Assembly (NCBI GenBank): GCA_016794565.1 | Contig: JAEUHQ010000103.1 | Coordinates: 34,409 to 98,408 of the forward strand | DNA from: Planctomycetota bacterium | GTDB lineage: Bacteria; Planctomycetota; UBA1135; UBA2386 | DNA: 64,000 nucleotides | Reading direction: 5' to 3' | Part shown: positions 37,583 to 47,533 of the stretch, piece by piece | Position numbering within the stretch: position 1 is the stretch's first letter | Layout of the letters: each line of letters begins with the position of its first letter | Made by a program: the position numbers and the translations under genes | Notes under the pieces: generated by a model | Told to the model about the DNA's origin: nothing | The model's database searches: none | Seen by the model: only the letters and a program-made list of their open reading frames with translations

Positions 37583-39265
37583 GTGATCCCCGACCTGCGC
37601 GCGGACTTGCAGAGGCTCTTCGGCCACGCGGCGTTCCGCGGCCCGCAGGAGCAGGTGGTGCGGCACTTCCTCGGCGGCGGCTCGGCACTCGTCCTGATGG
37701 CGACCGGCGAGGGCAAGTCCCTCTGCTACCAGCTGCCGGCGTTCACGGGCGACGGACTCACGATCGTGGTGTCGCCGCTGATCGCGTTGATGGACGACCA
37801 GGTCGCCGCGCTGCAGAAGCGCTCGCTGTCCGCGACGTGCATCCACAGCATGGTCGAGCGCGGTGAACGCGAACGCCGCCTCGCGCGCGCCGTGGCCGGC
37901 GACGTACGACTGCTCTACGTGACGCCGGAGCGCTTCCGCGTCGACGGGTTCCTCGCTTCGCTGCGAACGGCTCGCACCGCGCGCTTCGTCGTCGACGAAG
38001 CGCACTGCGTCAGCCACTGGGGTCACGACTTCCGCCCCGACTACCTGCGGCTCGGCGAAGTGCGGCACGAACTCGGCGATCCGCCGTGCCTCGCTCTCAC
38101 CGCAACCGCGACGCCGGACGCGCAGCGCGACATCCGGTCGGTGCTCGGGCTCGACGACGCGCCGCTGTTCCACACCGGGATCGCGCGCGACAACCTGTTC
38201 CTGTCGGTCGCACAGTGCGACGACGACGAGGGCAAGCGCGCGCGACTCGGAGAAGTCCTCGGGAGGACCGGCGGCCCGGCGATCGTCTACTGCGCCCTGA
38301 TCAAGGACCTGCTCCACCTGGAAAGCGAACTGCAGCGCCGCGGCATGCGGCCGCTCGTCTACCACGGCGGACTGTCGGCGCACGAACGCCGCACGCAGCA
38401 GCGCGTGTTCCAGGACAGCGGCGACGCCCTGATGCTCGCGACGAACGCGTTCGGCATGGGCGTCGACAAGGCCGACATCCGCGCGATCGTGCACTGGCAG
38501 ATCCCGCGCACCCTCGAGGCGTACTACCAGGAGATCGGTCGCGCCGGGCGCGACGGGCAGGGATCGTTCTGCGAACTGCTCTACCGCGAGGACGACGTCT
38601 CGATCCAGCGCGACTTCACCGAGTGGGCGAATCCGACCGCGGACTTCGCGGCGGCGATCGTGCACCACATGGCCGCCCTCGGCGACCGCCTGCACGCACT
38701 CGACGTGGAGACACTGCGCGAGACCTTCCTGACGAAGAACCGCCACGACGGCCGCGTCGAGACGGTGCTGCGGCTGCTGGCCAGCGCCGGGTGCACGAAC
38801 GGCGAGCCCGGTCACGACCTCGTGCTCGTGCGCGAACCCGACGAGGACGAACTGCGCGAGTGGCTGCCCGACGACAAACGCAGACGCGACCTGATGGGAC
38901 TGCTCCGCATGGTGCGTTACGCGACCGAGAATGCGTGCAGGAAGCTGACGATCCACCAGCACTTCGGCTTCGACGACGTGCCCGCGAACTGCGGCTCGTG
39001 CGACGTGTGCGCCGACGCCGCACGCTGGCGGGATGCGCGCATGCCGCCGGCTCGCGCACTGTCCTTCGCGCGAGCAGCGGTCGGCGCCGATCCGGCGCCC
39101 GTACAGAGGGGCGAGTGGATCGACGTCGACGGCCTCGGTCCCTGCTGCGTCGTACGCGTGCACCGCCGAGGCCGCTCCTGGCGCGCCGACGTCGAAGCGG
39201 CGAGGGACCTCACGACCCGCTCGATCGAGCTGCGCCGCCGCACGTGGCGCCGCGTCGATCGGTGA
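37583..39265 (+). CDS. recQ: RecQ-family ATP-dependent DNA helicase (560 aa)
   Basis: Helicase motifs ATGEGKS (I), DEAH (FVVDEAHCVSHWGHDFRPDY), LTATAT (III) and QEIGRAGRDG (VI). C-terminal zinc-binding Cys cluster. Confidence 0.85.
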   Translation: MIPDLRADLQRLFGHAAFRGPQEQVVRHFLGGGSALVLMATGEGKSLCYQLPAFTGDGLTIVVSPLIALMDDQVAALQKRSLSATCIHSMVERGERERRLARAVAGDVRLLYVTPERFRVDGFLASLRTARTARFVVDEAHCVSHWGHDFRPDYLRLGEVRHELGDPPCLALTATATPDAQRDIRSVLGLDDAPLFHTGIARDNLFLSVAQCDDDEGKRARLGEVLGRTGGPAIVYCALIKDLLHLESELQRRGMRPLVYHGGLSAHERRTQQRVFQDSGDALMLATNAFGMGVDKADIRAIVHWQIPRTLEAYYQEIGRAGRDGQGSFCELLYREDDVSIQRDFTEWANPTADFAAAIVHHMAALGDRLHALDVETLRETFLTKNRHDGRVETVLRLLASAGCTNGEPGHDLVLVREPDEDELREWLPDDKRRRDLMGLLRMVRYATENACRKLTIHQHFGFDDVPANCGSCDVCADAARWRDARMPPARALSFARAAVGADPAPVQRGEWIDVDGLGPCCVVRVHRRGRSWRADVEAARDLTTRSIELRRRTWRRVDR

Positions 39266-39272
39266 TCCGGGG

Positions 39273-39821
39273 TCACCGACCGATGCCCGCGAGCCATGCG
39301 TCGCGCCGGGCACGGCACAAGCGCACGTGCGCCTCCACGTCCAGCGGCCGCACCCAGTCGTGACCGATGCGCGCCCAGTCCGGGTCGTTCGGATCGACTC
39401 CGATCTCCCGCACGGCGTCCGCGACGGTGACGAAGAACTGCCGCCGGTACGGCAGCAGGAAGCCGCCGTCGCGACCGCGGTCCTCAGCAGCCTCGCCGTA
39501 CGTCGCGAACCAGCGGTTCACGAAAGCGCCCATGCGATCCGTGTGCACGGGCACCGCGAGCAGTTCCGGCAAGGATCGGGTGACGAGAGTGCGCCAGTCG
39601 TCGAAGCCCCGCTCCGCGGCGATCACGTCGAGCGCCTCGGCGCGGGCCACCGACGGCTCCGCGCGCACGATCGCTTCGATGTCGTCGTTCGCGAATCTCG
39701 GCAGACGGGCGAACCGCACCGCTGCCGCGCGCGCGGCGCGCGGGTCCGGCCCGCCGAGATCGCGCTGCAGGTCGCGCGCCGAACGACGACACCGTTCGAC
39801 CAGGGCCTCGTCGTCGCTCAC
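39273..39821 (-). CDS. Hypothetical protein (183 aa), GTG start, last gene of the STK operon
   Basis: Protein-like composition from VSDDEALVERC onward. 4-nt overlap with the upstream YkgJ-like gene. cac at 39819-39821. Confidence 0.45.
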   Translation of the reverse strand: MSDDEALVERCRRSARDLQRDLGGPDPRAARAAAVRFARLPRFANDDIEAIVRAEPSVARAEALDVIAAERGFDDWRTLVTRSLPELLAVPVHTDRMGAFVNRWFATYGEAAEDRGRDGGFLLPYRRQFFVTVADAVREIGVDPNDPDWARIGHDWVRPLDVEAHVRLCRARRDAWLAGIGR

Positions 39822-40204
39822 CCTTCCGCTCCCGTCGCTTCGATGCCGGGGCACGTGCGCATCACGAGGTCGCGCAGCGCGGCATCGGTCCTGATCTCGG
39901 GCCAGAACGGCCACGTGCGGCAGCGCGCCGGTCGCACGTCGTAGATCGAACAGCCGGCGGGCGCGCCGTCCTGCAGGAAGACGCAGCGGTTGCCGAAGCC
40001 GTCCTTCAGGCGTTGGCCGTCCTGCTGCAGGTAGCGGCTCGCGAACGCCCGTTCGTCCATGCCGAGCGCGGCCGCGATCGCCGTGCGCTCGGCGGCATCG
40101 ACGCGCACGAAGCCGCCGGGGATCGCGCAGCAGTTGCCCGAGCGGCGGCAGCGGAAACGGAACGGGAAACCCGCGCGCTCGACCGGTTCGTCCATCGCGG
40201 TCAC
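39818..40204 (-). CDS. YkgJ-family (CxxCxxCC-type, UPF0153) putative Fe-S/zinc-chelating protein (128 aa)
   Basis: FRCRRSGNCCAIPG and CSIYDVRPARCRTWPFWP match the YkgJ/flagellin-N-methylase-like cysteine pattern. Confidence 0.7.
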   Translation of the reverse strand: MTAMDEPVERAGFPFRFRCRRSGNCCAIPGGFVRVDAAERTAIAAALGMDERAFASRYLQQDGQRLKDGFGNRCVFLQDGAPAGCSIYDVRPARCRTWPFWPEIRTDAALRDLVMRTCPGIEATGAEG

Positions 40205-41238
40205 GAACGTCGGCGGCGGTCGCCGAGCTTCGGCACGCGGCGCTTCGCGGCCTCCTCGAGTTCGCGCTGATGCCGGCGCTGGTCGAGGAACGCGCGGATC
40301 TCGGTACGCAATTGCACGGGGTCCTGGAATCGCATCGCCGGATCCTTCGCCATCATCTTCTCGAGGAAGTAGTGCAGCTGCGGCGACAGGTCGAGCGCCC
40401 GGATGCGTTCGCCGGACAACGACTCGAGCACCTGCTTGGCGAGCACTTCTTCGCTGGTGCGCCCTTCGAACGGCAGCGATCCGGTCGTCAGGTGGTACAG
40501 GGTGGCACCGAGTGCGTAGATGTCGGCGCGCACATCGAGCGCGCCGCTGCCGCGCGCCTGCTCCGGCGCGATGTAGTGCACGGTGCCCGCAGTCGTGTCA
40601 CCGGACGCACCTCCGCCGCTGTCGATCGCGAACCCGAGGTCGATCAGCACCGCACCGCGCGCCTCGGACCACAGGATGTTCCCCGGCTTCACGTCTCGGT
40701 GCACGAGGCCACGCGAGTGCAACGCCTCGAGCGCCCCGGCGACGTCGACGACGACCCGCAGCGCGATCTCCTCGTCGAGGCGACCGCTCTCGGCGAGCAC
40801 GTCCTGCAGGCAACGCCCCTCGAGCAGTTCCATCGCGAAGAAGATCGTCGCCCCCTCGCGCGCCACGCGCAGTCCCTTCACCACGTTCGGGTGTCCGATC
40901 TCCTGCAGCAGCTTCGCTTCGCGCACGAACCGCTCCGTCTGCACCGGATCGGTCGCGAGTTCCGGCCGCAAGACCTTCAGGGCGACGCGGCGACTGTCGA
41001 TCTTGTCGACGGCGGCGAACACGCGCCCGACACCGCCCTCGCCGATCAGCTCGCCCAGTTCGTAGCGCGACAGGCTCGGTCGCACGCCGCCTTCGGTGCG
41101 GACCCATTCGTCCCACTGCGCTTCCGTGCACGCGCCGGACCGCACGAGATGACGTCCGGGCTCACCGGAGGCCAACGCCGCGCGCGCCGCATCCGCGGAC
41201 AACACGCCGCGGTGCACGAGCTGCGCGAGCAACTTCAT
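40201..41238 (-). CDS. Ser/Thr protein kinase (346 aa; alternative upstream start at 41334)
   Basis: Hanks motifs GEGGVGRVF (I), ALKVL (II), HRDVKPGNIL (VIb), DLGFA (VII) and APE (VIII). Confidence 0.8.
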   Translation of the reverse strand: MKLLAQLVHRGVLSADAARAALASGEPGRHLVRSGACTEAQWDEWVRTEGGVRPSLSRYELGELIGEGGVGRVFAAVDKIDSRRVALKVLRPELATDPVQTERFVREAKLLQEIGHPNVVKGLRVAREGATIFFAMELLEGRCLQDVLAESGRLDEEIALRVVVDVAGALEALHSRGLVHRDVKPGNILWSEARGAVLIDLGFAIDSGGGASGDTTAGTVHYIAPEQARGSGALDVRADIYALGATLYHLTTGSLPFEGRTSEEVLAKQVLESLSGERIRALDLSPQLHYFLEKMMAKDPAMRFQDPVQLRTEIRAFLDQRRHQRELEEAAKRRVPKLGDRRRRS

Positions 41239-41363
41239 CCGCGAATTCACGAGGCTCCAGGAGCGGGCACGCAAGGCACTTCGACGTTTCGTCCGCGACT
41301 CGTCAAGTCCGGCGGGCGCACGCCCGAAAAACACCGCAGACAGGATCCGGACGAGGCCACGAC

Positions 41364-42716
41364 TTGAAGCATCCAGGAGCTGCGTTCGTCATCAAGTACT
41401 TCGACTTGATCGACGAGTTCATCAAAGTCCGCTGCTGCTCGGAGGACCTGCTGCAGGAGCTGCACGCGACTCCGATCACGAACAAGTCGAACTACCGCCA
41501 GCGCGTCGTGCGCTCGTGCGTGCCGACGTTCGAGGCCGAGATACTCGCCGCGGTGCGCAAGATGGACGAGGGCTACGACCTCGAGATCGTCGAGGAGCTG
41601 CTCTACCAGATCTGCATCGACGTGAACCCGTCGCTCGAGATCCACCAGGTGAGCATCCCCTCGCCCGGCGGCTCGAAGGCCGCGGTCGAGCCCGAGGACC
41701 TGTTCCTGCCGCGCCCGGGCAACGAGTCCGCGCGCCAGAACCTGTTCCGCCGCGTCACGAACCTCGAACGCAGCCTGCGCTCGCAGATCATCGGCCAGGA
41801 CGATGCGATCCGAGCCCTGGTGCGCGCAGTGAAGAAGGCCGCGGTCGGGCTGAAGCGACCCACGCACCCCGTCGGCACGTTCCTGCTCGTCGGACGGACC
41901 GGGACGGGCAAGACGGAACTCGCGAAGGCGGTGGCCCGCAACCTCTTCGACGATCCGTCGGCGATGATCCGCGTCGACTGCAGCGAGTACGCGCTGCCGC
42001 ACGAGTACGCGAAGCTGATCGGTTCGCCGCCGGGATACATCGGGCACAACGAGGGCGGCTTCCTCACCGAAGCGATCAAGAAGAAGCCGACGAGCGTCGT
42101 GCTCTTCGACGAGATCGAGAAGGCGCACTACAAGGTCCACAACCTCCTGCTGCAGCTCCTCGACGAAGGCATCATCACGGACAGCAAGGGCCAGACGGTC
42201 TCGTTCCACCAGGCGCTGATCCTGATGACGAGCAACCTCGGCATCGAGAAGATCGACCAGGTGCGCACGCGGATGGGTTTCTCCGCCGCCCACCGGCGGC
42301 AGAGCCTCAAGGACGTCGACCTGCGCACGGTCACGTTCGAGGCGCTGCGCGAGTCGTTCCGCCCCGAGTTCGTGAACCGCATCGACGAAGTCGTGATGTT
42401 CAATCCGCTGGACGAGAAGGTGTGCCAGCGCATCGCGGGCAACATGCTCCGCGAGGTCGCGGACCTGCTGAAGCGGCGCGGCATCACCGTGACGTTCTCG
42501 CCCGGCGTGCGCGTGCTGCTCGCGAAGCAGGGCTTCTCCGAGGAGTTCGGCGCCCGCGAACTGCGCCGCCTCATCAAGCGCCGGATCGAGGATCCCATCA
42601 CCGAGATGATCCTCGACCACGACCTCGGGCCCGGCAGCGAAGTGACGGTCCGCGTGAAGAGCGGCGACTACGCCTTCGCGTGCAGCGAGCCCGTGCCCGC
42701 GGCGCAGCCCGCCTGA
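41364..42716 (+). CDS. Single-ring AAA+ ATPase resembling the ClpA/ClpB D2 module with a ~150-aa novel N-terminal region (TTG start, 450 aa)
   Basis: GQDDAIRALVRAVKKAAVGL, Walker A GRTGTGKTELAK, Walker B VVLFDEIEKAH, sensor and C-terminal D2-small-domain-like region. No in-frame ATG before MDEGYD. Upstream part of the 885-aa ORF is artefact. Confidence 0.6.
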   Translation: MKHPGAAFVIKYFDLIDEFIKVRCCSEDLLQELHATPITNKSNYRQRVVRSCVPTFEAEILAAVRKMDEGYDLEIVEELLYQICIDVNPSLEIHQVSIPSPGGSKAAVEPEDLFLPRPGNESARQNLFRRVTNLERSLRSQIIGQDDAIRALVRAVKKAAVGLKRPTHPVGTFLLVGRTGTGKTELAKAVARNLFDDPSAMIRVDCSEYALPHEYAKLIGSPPGYIGHNEGGFLTEAIKKKPTSVVLFDEIEKAHYKVHNLLLQLLDEGIITDSKGQTVSFHQALILMTSNLGIEKIDQVRTRMGFSAAHRRQSLKDVDLRTVTFEALRESFRPEFVNRIDEVVMFNPLDEKVCQRIAGNMLREVADLLKRRGITVTFSPGVRVLLAKQGFSEEFGARELRRLIKRRIEDPITEMILDHDLGPGSEVTVRVKSGDYAFACSEPVPAAQPA

Positions 42717-42809
42717 CCGGCCGAAAGCGGCTCCGCGCACGTTCGCGCGTGACGCACGGCACGGGGGGCTCTACCCTCGCGGCCGAGGGTCCCCGCCTTC
42801 GCCACCGCA

Positions 42810-44066
42810 ATGCTCCTGTTCGTCGTCGCCGTCGCCATCTCGCTGGTGGTGTCGTTTCTCTGCTCGATCTCGGAGGCGACGCTGCTGAGTGTCGGCGCGG
42901 CACGCATCGAGGGACTCGCCCACTCGGGCAGTCGGGCCGGGCACCTGCTGCGCCGCTTTCGCCGCGAGCCGGACCGGCCGATCGCGGCGATCCTCGTGCT
43001 CAACACCGTCGCGAACTCCGGCGGCGCGGCGATCGCGACGGACCAGTTCTCGGTGGCGTTCCCCGGCGTCTCGCCCGCCTGGTTCGCGGCGGCGTTCGTC
43101 GTCACCGTGCTCGCGTTCACCGAGATCGTGCCGAAGACGATCGGCGTGATGCACGCGAACGCACTCGCGGTCCCGGTCGCGCTCGGCGTGCAGGCGGTGA
43201 CCGTACTGCTCGGACCGGTGCTCTTCGTCACGCGACAGATGTCGCGGCTGCTCGCCAAGGAAGGTGCGGTGCACACGACGTCGCTCGAGGAGATCCGGGT
43301 CCTCGCGACGGCCGGGCGCAGCCAGGGCGCGTTCGGCGCGATCACCGCCGAGCTGATCGAGAACGCGACTCGCCTGCGCGACACGATGGCGCGCGACGTG
43401 ATGGTGCCACGCGACCGCGTCGTGTTCCTGTCGGGCAAGGCGTCCACGGAGCAGAACCTGCAGCTCGTCCGCCGCGCCGGCCACAGCCGCTATCCGTACA
43501 CGCCCGACGGCGAGCTGGACCGCGTGACCGGATTCGTGCTGACGAAGGAACTGCTCTTCTCGCTGCGCGAGACCGTCGAGCCCGACTGGACGGAACTCCA
43601 GGTCCCGCTGCTCGTGTTTCCCGAGACCGCGACGCTCAACCACGTGCTCCGACGCTTCCAGCGCGAGAAGCGCCACATGGCGATCGTCGTGGACGAGTAC
43701 GGCTCGACCCACGGCATCATCACGCTCGAGGACGTGCTCGAGGAGATCGTCGGCGAGATCGAGGACGAACTCGACACCGAAGAGACGCTGATCGTCGACC
43801 GTCCCGACGGTTCGCTGCTGTGTCGCGGCTTCGCCGACGTCGAGACGGTCTTCGCGCGACTCGGCATCGCCGGCGTCGAGACGGAGAGCAAGACGCTGTC
43901 GGGCTTCCTCGCGGAACGCCTCGGGAGCGTTCCGACCGCGGGATCGGAGGTCGACTGCGAGGGCTTCCGTTTCGAGGTCACGAAAGCGAACAACCGTCGG
44001 GCCGAACGCATTCGCGTGACACCGCTCACGAACGGCGACGGCGCGGCCCGCGGAATCGGGAACTGA
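42810..44066 (+). CDS. CNNM/CorC/TlyC-family transporter (DUF21-CBS-CorC_HlyC; 418 aa)
   Basis: N-terminal 4-TM DUF21, CBS pair (ARDVMVPRDRVVFL...), and C-terminal transporter-associated domain. Confidence 0.85.
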   Translation: MLLFVVAVAISLVVSFLCSISEATLLSVGAARIEGLAHSGSRAGHLLRRFRREPDRPIAAILVLNTVANSGGAAIATDQFSVAFPGVSPAWFAAAFVVTVLAFTEIVPKTIGVMHANALAVPVALGVQAVTVLLGPVLFVTRQMSRLLAKEGAVHTTSLEEIRVLATAGRSQGAFGAITAELIENATRLRDTMARDVMVPRDRVVFLSGKASTEQNLQLVRRAGHSRYPYTPDGELDRVTGFVLTKELLFSLRETVEPDWTELQVPLLVFPETATLNHVLRRFQREKRHMAIVVDEYGSTHGIITLEDVLEEIVGEIEDELDTEETLIVDRPDGSLLCRGFADVETVFARLGIAGVETESKTLSGFLAERLGSVPTAGSEVDCEGFRFEVTKANNRRAERIRVTPLTNGDGAARGIGN

Positions 44067-44136
44067 CGCAACAGAGCGCAGATGCGCGCGGCTACAAGTT
44101 CGTGACGCCCGGCTCGTCCCGGCCGGGGAACTCACG

Positions 44137-44676
44137 ATGACCACCGTATTCCTCTACTGCGCGGCCATCGGCGGAACCTGCCTCGTTCTCCAGTTCCTGC
44201 TGCTCGTGTTCGGAGTCGGCGGCGACACCGACGTCGACGGCGGCCACGGCGCAGGCCACGACCAGGGCGCGTTCCTCAAGTTGTTCTCGCTGCAGACGGT
44301 CTCGACGTTCGCGACGTTCTTCGGCCTCGTCGGTCTCGGCACCGACAAGCTCGGCTGGTCGCCGCTGTCCGTCGCCGCCACCGCGACGCTTGCCGGCGGC
44401 TCCGCTCTCTGGTTCGTCGCGGGCCTGATGCGCTCGCTCGCGAAGCTGCAGTCGCAGGGCAACGTCGACCTCGCGAACGCGATCGGCCACACCGCGAACG
44501 TCTACCTCCGCGTGCCGCCCGCCGGCCACGGCTACGGCCGCGTGCTGATGCAGGTGCAGGGGCGCACCGTCGAATGCCGCGCCATGAGTCGCGGCAACGA
44601 GATCCCGACCGGCGCCGCGGTCCGCGTCGTCGCCCACACCGACGGCGACGTGCTCGTCGTCGAACCGGCCGCGTGA
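44137..44676 (+). CDS. NfeD-like membrane protein (179 aa), partner of flotillin
   Basis: N-terminal TM helices plus a C-terminal OB-fold-like soluble part (GRVLMQVQGRTVECRAMSRGNEIPTGAAVRVV). Immediately upstream of the SPFH gene. Confidence 0.65.
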   Translation: MTTVFLYCAAIGGTCLVLQFLLLVFGVGGDTDVDGGHGAGHDQGAFLKLFSLQTVSTFATFFGLVGLGTDKLGWSPLSVAATATLAGGSALWFVAGLMRSLAKLQSQGNVDLANAIGHTANVYLRVPPAGHGYGRVLMQVQGRTVECRAMSRGNEIPTGAAVRVVAHTDGDVLVVEPAA

Positions 44677-44729
44677 TCCGCGGCCACCTCGCTCTTCCGT
44701 CCGTCCCGACAACCCCGAAGGAGGATTCC

Positions 44730-46319
44730 ATGTACGCACTGCTGCAATCCGGACAACTCACACCGGACTCGATCCTGCTGCTCTCGATCGCCGCGACCGC
44801 ACTCATCCTGTTCGGCTTCGTGATCCTCGTCGTGAAGCGCTACAAGCGCTGCCCGAGCAACCAGATCCTCGTGATCTACGGCAAGATCGCGTCGGGCCAG
44901 TCGGCGCGGTGCCTGCACGGCGGCGGCGCGTTCGTGTGGCCGCTGATCCAGGACTACGCGTTCCTGTCGCTCGATCCGATGCAGATCGAGATCCCTCTGC
45001 GCGGCGCGCTCTCGGCGGAGAACATCCGCGTCAACGTGCCATCGGTGTTCACCGTCGCGATCGGCACCGACGCCGCCGTGATGCAGACCGCCGCGATCCG
45101 CCTGCTCGGCCTCGAGCCGCGTCAGGTCATGAAGCAGGCCGAGGACATCATCCTGGGGCAGCTTCGCCAGGTGATCGCGTCGATGACCATCGAGGACATC
45201 AACAGGAACCGCGACAAGTTCCTCGACAACGTGCAGACCTCGCTGCTGCCCGAGCTCGAGAAGATCGGTCTCGTCCTGATCAACGTGAACATCACCGACA
45301 TCACGGACGAGTCGGGCTACATCGAGGCGATGGGACGCAAGGCTGCCTCCGAAGCGATCCAGTCCGCGGAGATCGACGTCGCGCAGCAGCAGAAGCGCGG
45401 CTCGATCGGCGTCGCCGACGCGAAGCGCGAACAGGACGTGCTGGTCGCCAGCGCGGAGAAGGTGCGTGAGATCGGCACGAAGGAGGCGGAGCGGGAGAAG
45501 CTCGTGCGTCTCGCCGAACTCGCCAAGGAGACCGGCATCGGCAAGAGCCGCGCCGAACTCGAACAGCAGAGCGCGATCAAGGACCAGGAACGGCAGATGC
45601 GCATCCAGGTCGCCGACGCCGAGGCGCAGGCCGTGTCCGGCGAGAACGTCGCCCGCGCGAAGGTGGTCGACGCCGAGGCCGCACTGAAGGTGCGCCAGGC
45701 GGAAGCGTACCAGCTCGCCGAGACGCGGCGGCGCGAAGCGGAGGCCAACGTCCGCGAAGCGCAGTACCTCGCCGAAGCGCGCGCCGCGGCGGCGATGGCC
45801 AGCAAGGTGGAGAGCGAGCAGCGCGCCGAACTCGAGGCCGCGGCGAAGGCGCAGAAGGCGAAGCTCATCGTCGACGCCGAGGCGCAGGCCGAACAGGTGC
45901 GCCTGCGCGCCCAGGCCGAGGCCGCCGCGACGTTCGCCCGGCTCGAAGCCCAGGCGCGCGGCGAGTACGAGATCCTCGCGAAGAAGGCCGAGGGTCTGCA
46001 GCGCATCGTCGAAGGCTGCGGCGGCGCGCAGCAGGCCTTCCAGCTCCTGATGCTCGAGCATCTGCCGCAGATGGCCGAGACCGCCGCGAAGGCGATCGCG
46101 AACGTGAAGTTCGACAAGGTCGTCGTGTGGGACGGCGGCGGTCAGAACGGCAAGAACGCGACCGCCGGCTTCCTGCAGGGGCTCGCGGGCAGCCTGCCGC
46201 CGATGCTGCAGATGATGAAGGACATCGGCGGCGTCGAGATGCCGCCGTTCTTCGGCAAGCTCACGGGCAGCCCCGACGTCGCGGCGGCAGCGGGCGCCGC
46301 GCCGGGCAAGCCGGCCTGA
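44730..46319 (+). CDS. Flotillin/SPFH (band 7) family protein, YqiK-like (529 aa)
   Basis: ATG at 44730 preceded by gaaggagga (Shine-Dalgarno). N-terminal TM, SPFH domain, and long Ala/Glu-rich coiled coil (EAEAQA repeats). Confidence 0.9.
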   Translation: MYALLQSGQLTPDSILLLSIAATALILFGFVILVVKRYKRCPSNQILVIYGKIASGQSARCLHGGGAFVWPLIQDYAFLSLDPMQIEIPLRGALSAENIRVNVPSVFTVAIGTDAAVMQTAAIRLLGLEPRQVMKQAEDIILGQLRQVIASMTIEDINRNRDKFLDNVQTSLLPELEKIGLVLINVNITDITDESGYIEAMGRKAASEAIQSAEIDVAQQQKRGSIGVADAKREQDVLVASAEKVREIGTKEAEREKLVRLAELAKETGIGKSRAELEQQSAIKDQERQMRIQVADAEAQAVSGENVARAKVVDAEAALKVRQAEAYQLAETRRREAEANVREAQYLAEARAAAAMASKVESEQRAELEAAAKAQKAKLIVDAEAQAEQVRLRAQAEAAATFARLEAQARGEYEILAKKAEGLQRIVEGCGGAQQAFQLLMLEHLPQMAETAAKAIANVKFDKVVVWDGGGQNGKNATAGFLQGLAGSLPPMLQMMKDIGGVEMPPFFGKLTGSPDVAAAAGAAPGKPA

Positions 46320-46332
46320 GCGTGCGCACCGT

Positions 46333-47460
46333 TCACTGACGGCCGCGCCAGGTCAGCCGCACCCCCGACGCGCCGGTCCAGGTGATGCCGACCGGCACGC
46401 TCGGCACGAACGTGTCTGGTCGCTCGACCCGGAACGCCCCGGCGCTGCTGCTCGTGATCCCGAGCCGCGTCATCAACTGCCCGCGGAACGTCGTGCCGTC
46501 GAGCGTCTTCGCTTCGCGGACGTAGGTGACTCCCTCGATCACGGCGTTCCCGTTGCGGATCCCGACGAGCGTGCAGCCAGGTGCGAGGATCGCGAGGTTG
46601 CCCGTGTCCGCCGTCCCCCCGCGAACCTGAACCGAACCGTTGACCTGGATCGTCGGAACGCCGAGCAGTTCGGTCAGCGGCGGATACAGACACGGCACGA
46701 CCAGCGTGCCGGTGATCGTGCAGTTGTCGAGCGTCAGCGTCTGGCCGAGCAGCAGGTTGACGACCACGATCCCCGACAGCGTCTTGCCGCTCACCGTCGT
46801 CGTGCCCGTGTAGGTCGTCACCGGCACCGTCCACCCGACGCCCAGCGTGAACGGCAGGGTGTTCCAGGGCGGAGTCGTGAGCGCGGTGACGCCGTACAGG
46901 GTCGCACCCGACTTGTGCACGACCCGGCCCGCGGCCAGCGCGGCGGTCGTGACGAGTTCGAGGTCCCCGCCCATCTGCGCGGGCCGCGCGGCGCTGAACG
47001 CCGGCGGCGACGACGTCTCGCCGAAGTACGCGGATCCGACGACGGTCATCTCGTCGGTGAAGGTGCTCTTGTCGGAGAAGCTCAGCAGCGCGTGCGGGAA
47101 CGGAGCCGCCTCGACGGTCGCGTCGGCCCCGACACGAACGACCGCACCGTACGCGCTGCCGCCGCCGAGCAGGTTCGGGGTCTGTGCCGATCGCACTTGT
47201 GCCGCGACGACGACGCCGGGCGTGAGTTCGGCGCGCCGCGACACGTCGGCGATCCCGCCCGACTTCACGATCGCGGCAGCCCACTCGACGCCCGAACGCG
47301 CCGCACGCTCGGCCCGTTCGAGATCCTGGCCGTTGCCCTGCACCCGCAGCGACATCTCGGCCGTGGACAGGAGCGCCACGGACAGCGCGCTGAACGTGAC
47401 CGCCAGGATCAGCACGACCACGAGGATCACGCCGTGTTCGTCTCTTCGCGACCGGTCCAT
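46333..47460 (-). CDS. PilX-like minor pilin/pseudopilin (375 aa)
   Basis: Start MDRSRRDEHGVILVVVLILAVTFSALSVALL (cat at 47458-47460) resembles the PilX N-terminal domain. Thr/Gly-rich beta-rich C-terminus. Confidence 0.55.
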   Translation of the reverse strand: MDRSRRDEHGVILVVVLILAVTFSALSVALLSTAEMSLRVQGNGQDLERAERAARSGVEWAAAIVKSGGIADVSRRAELTPGVVVAAQVRSAQTPNLLGGGSAYGAVVRVGADATVEAAPFPHALLSFSDKSTFTDEMTVVGSAYFGETSSPPAFSAARPAQMGGDLELVTTAALAAGRVVHKSGATLYGVTALTTPPWNTLPFTLGVGWTVPVTTYTGTTTVSGKTLSGIVVVNLLLGQTLTLDNCTITGTLVVPCLYPPLTELLGVPTIQVNGSVQVRGGTADTGNLAILAPGCTLVGIRNGNAVIEGVTYVREAKTLDGTTFRGQLMTRLGITSSSAGAFRVERPDTFVPSVPVGITWTGASGVRLTWRGRQ

Positions 47461-47533
47461 GCCATGGGCATCGGCCAGGAGTGCCCCGCGAGTGCAGTCG
47501 GGTCCGCTCATCGACCCTGCCGATACCGAGGCC

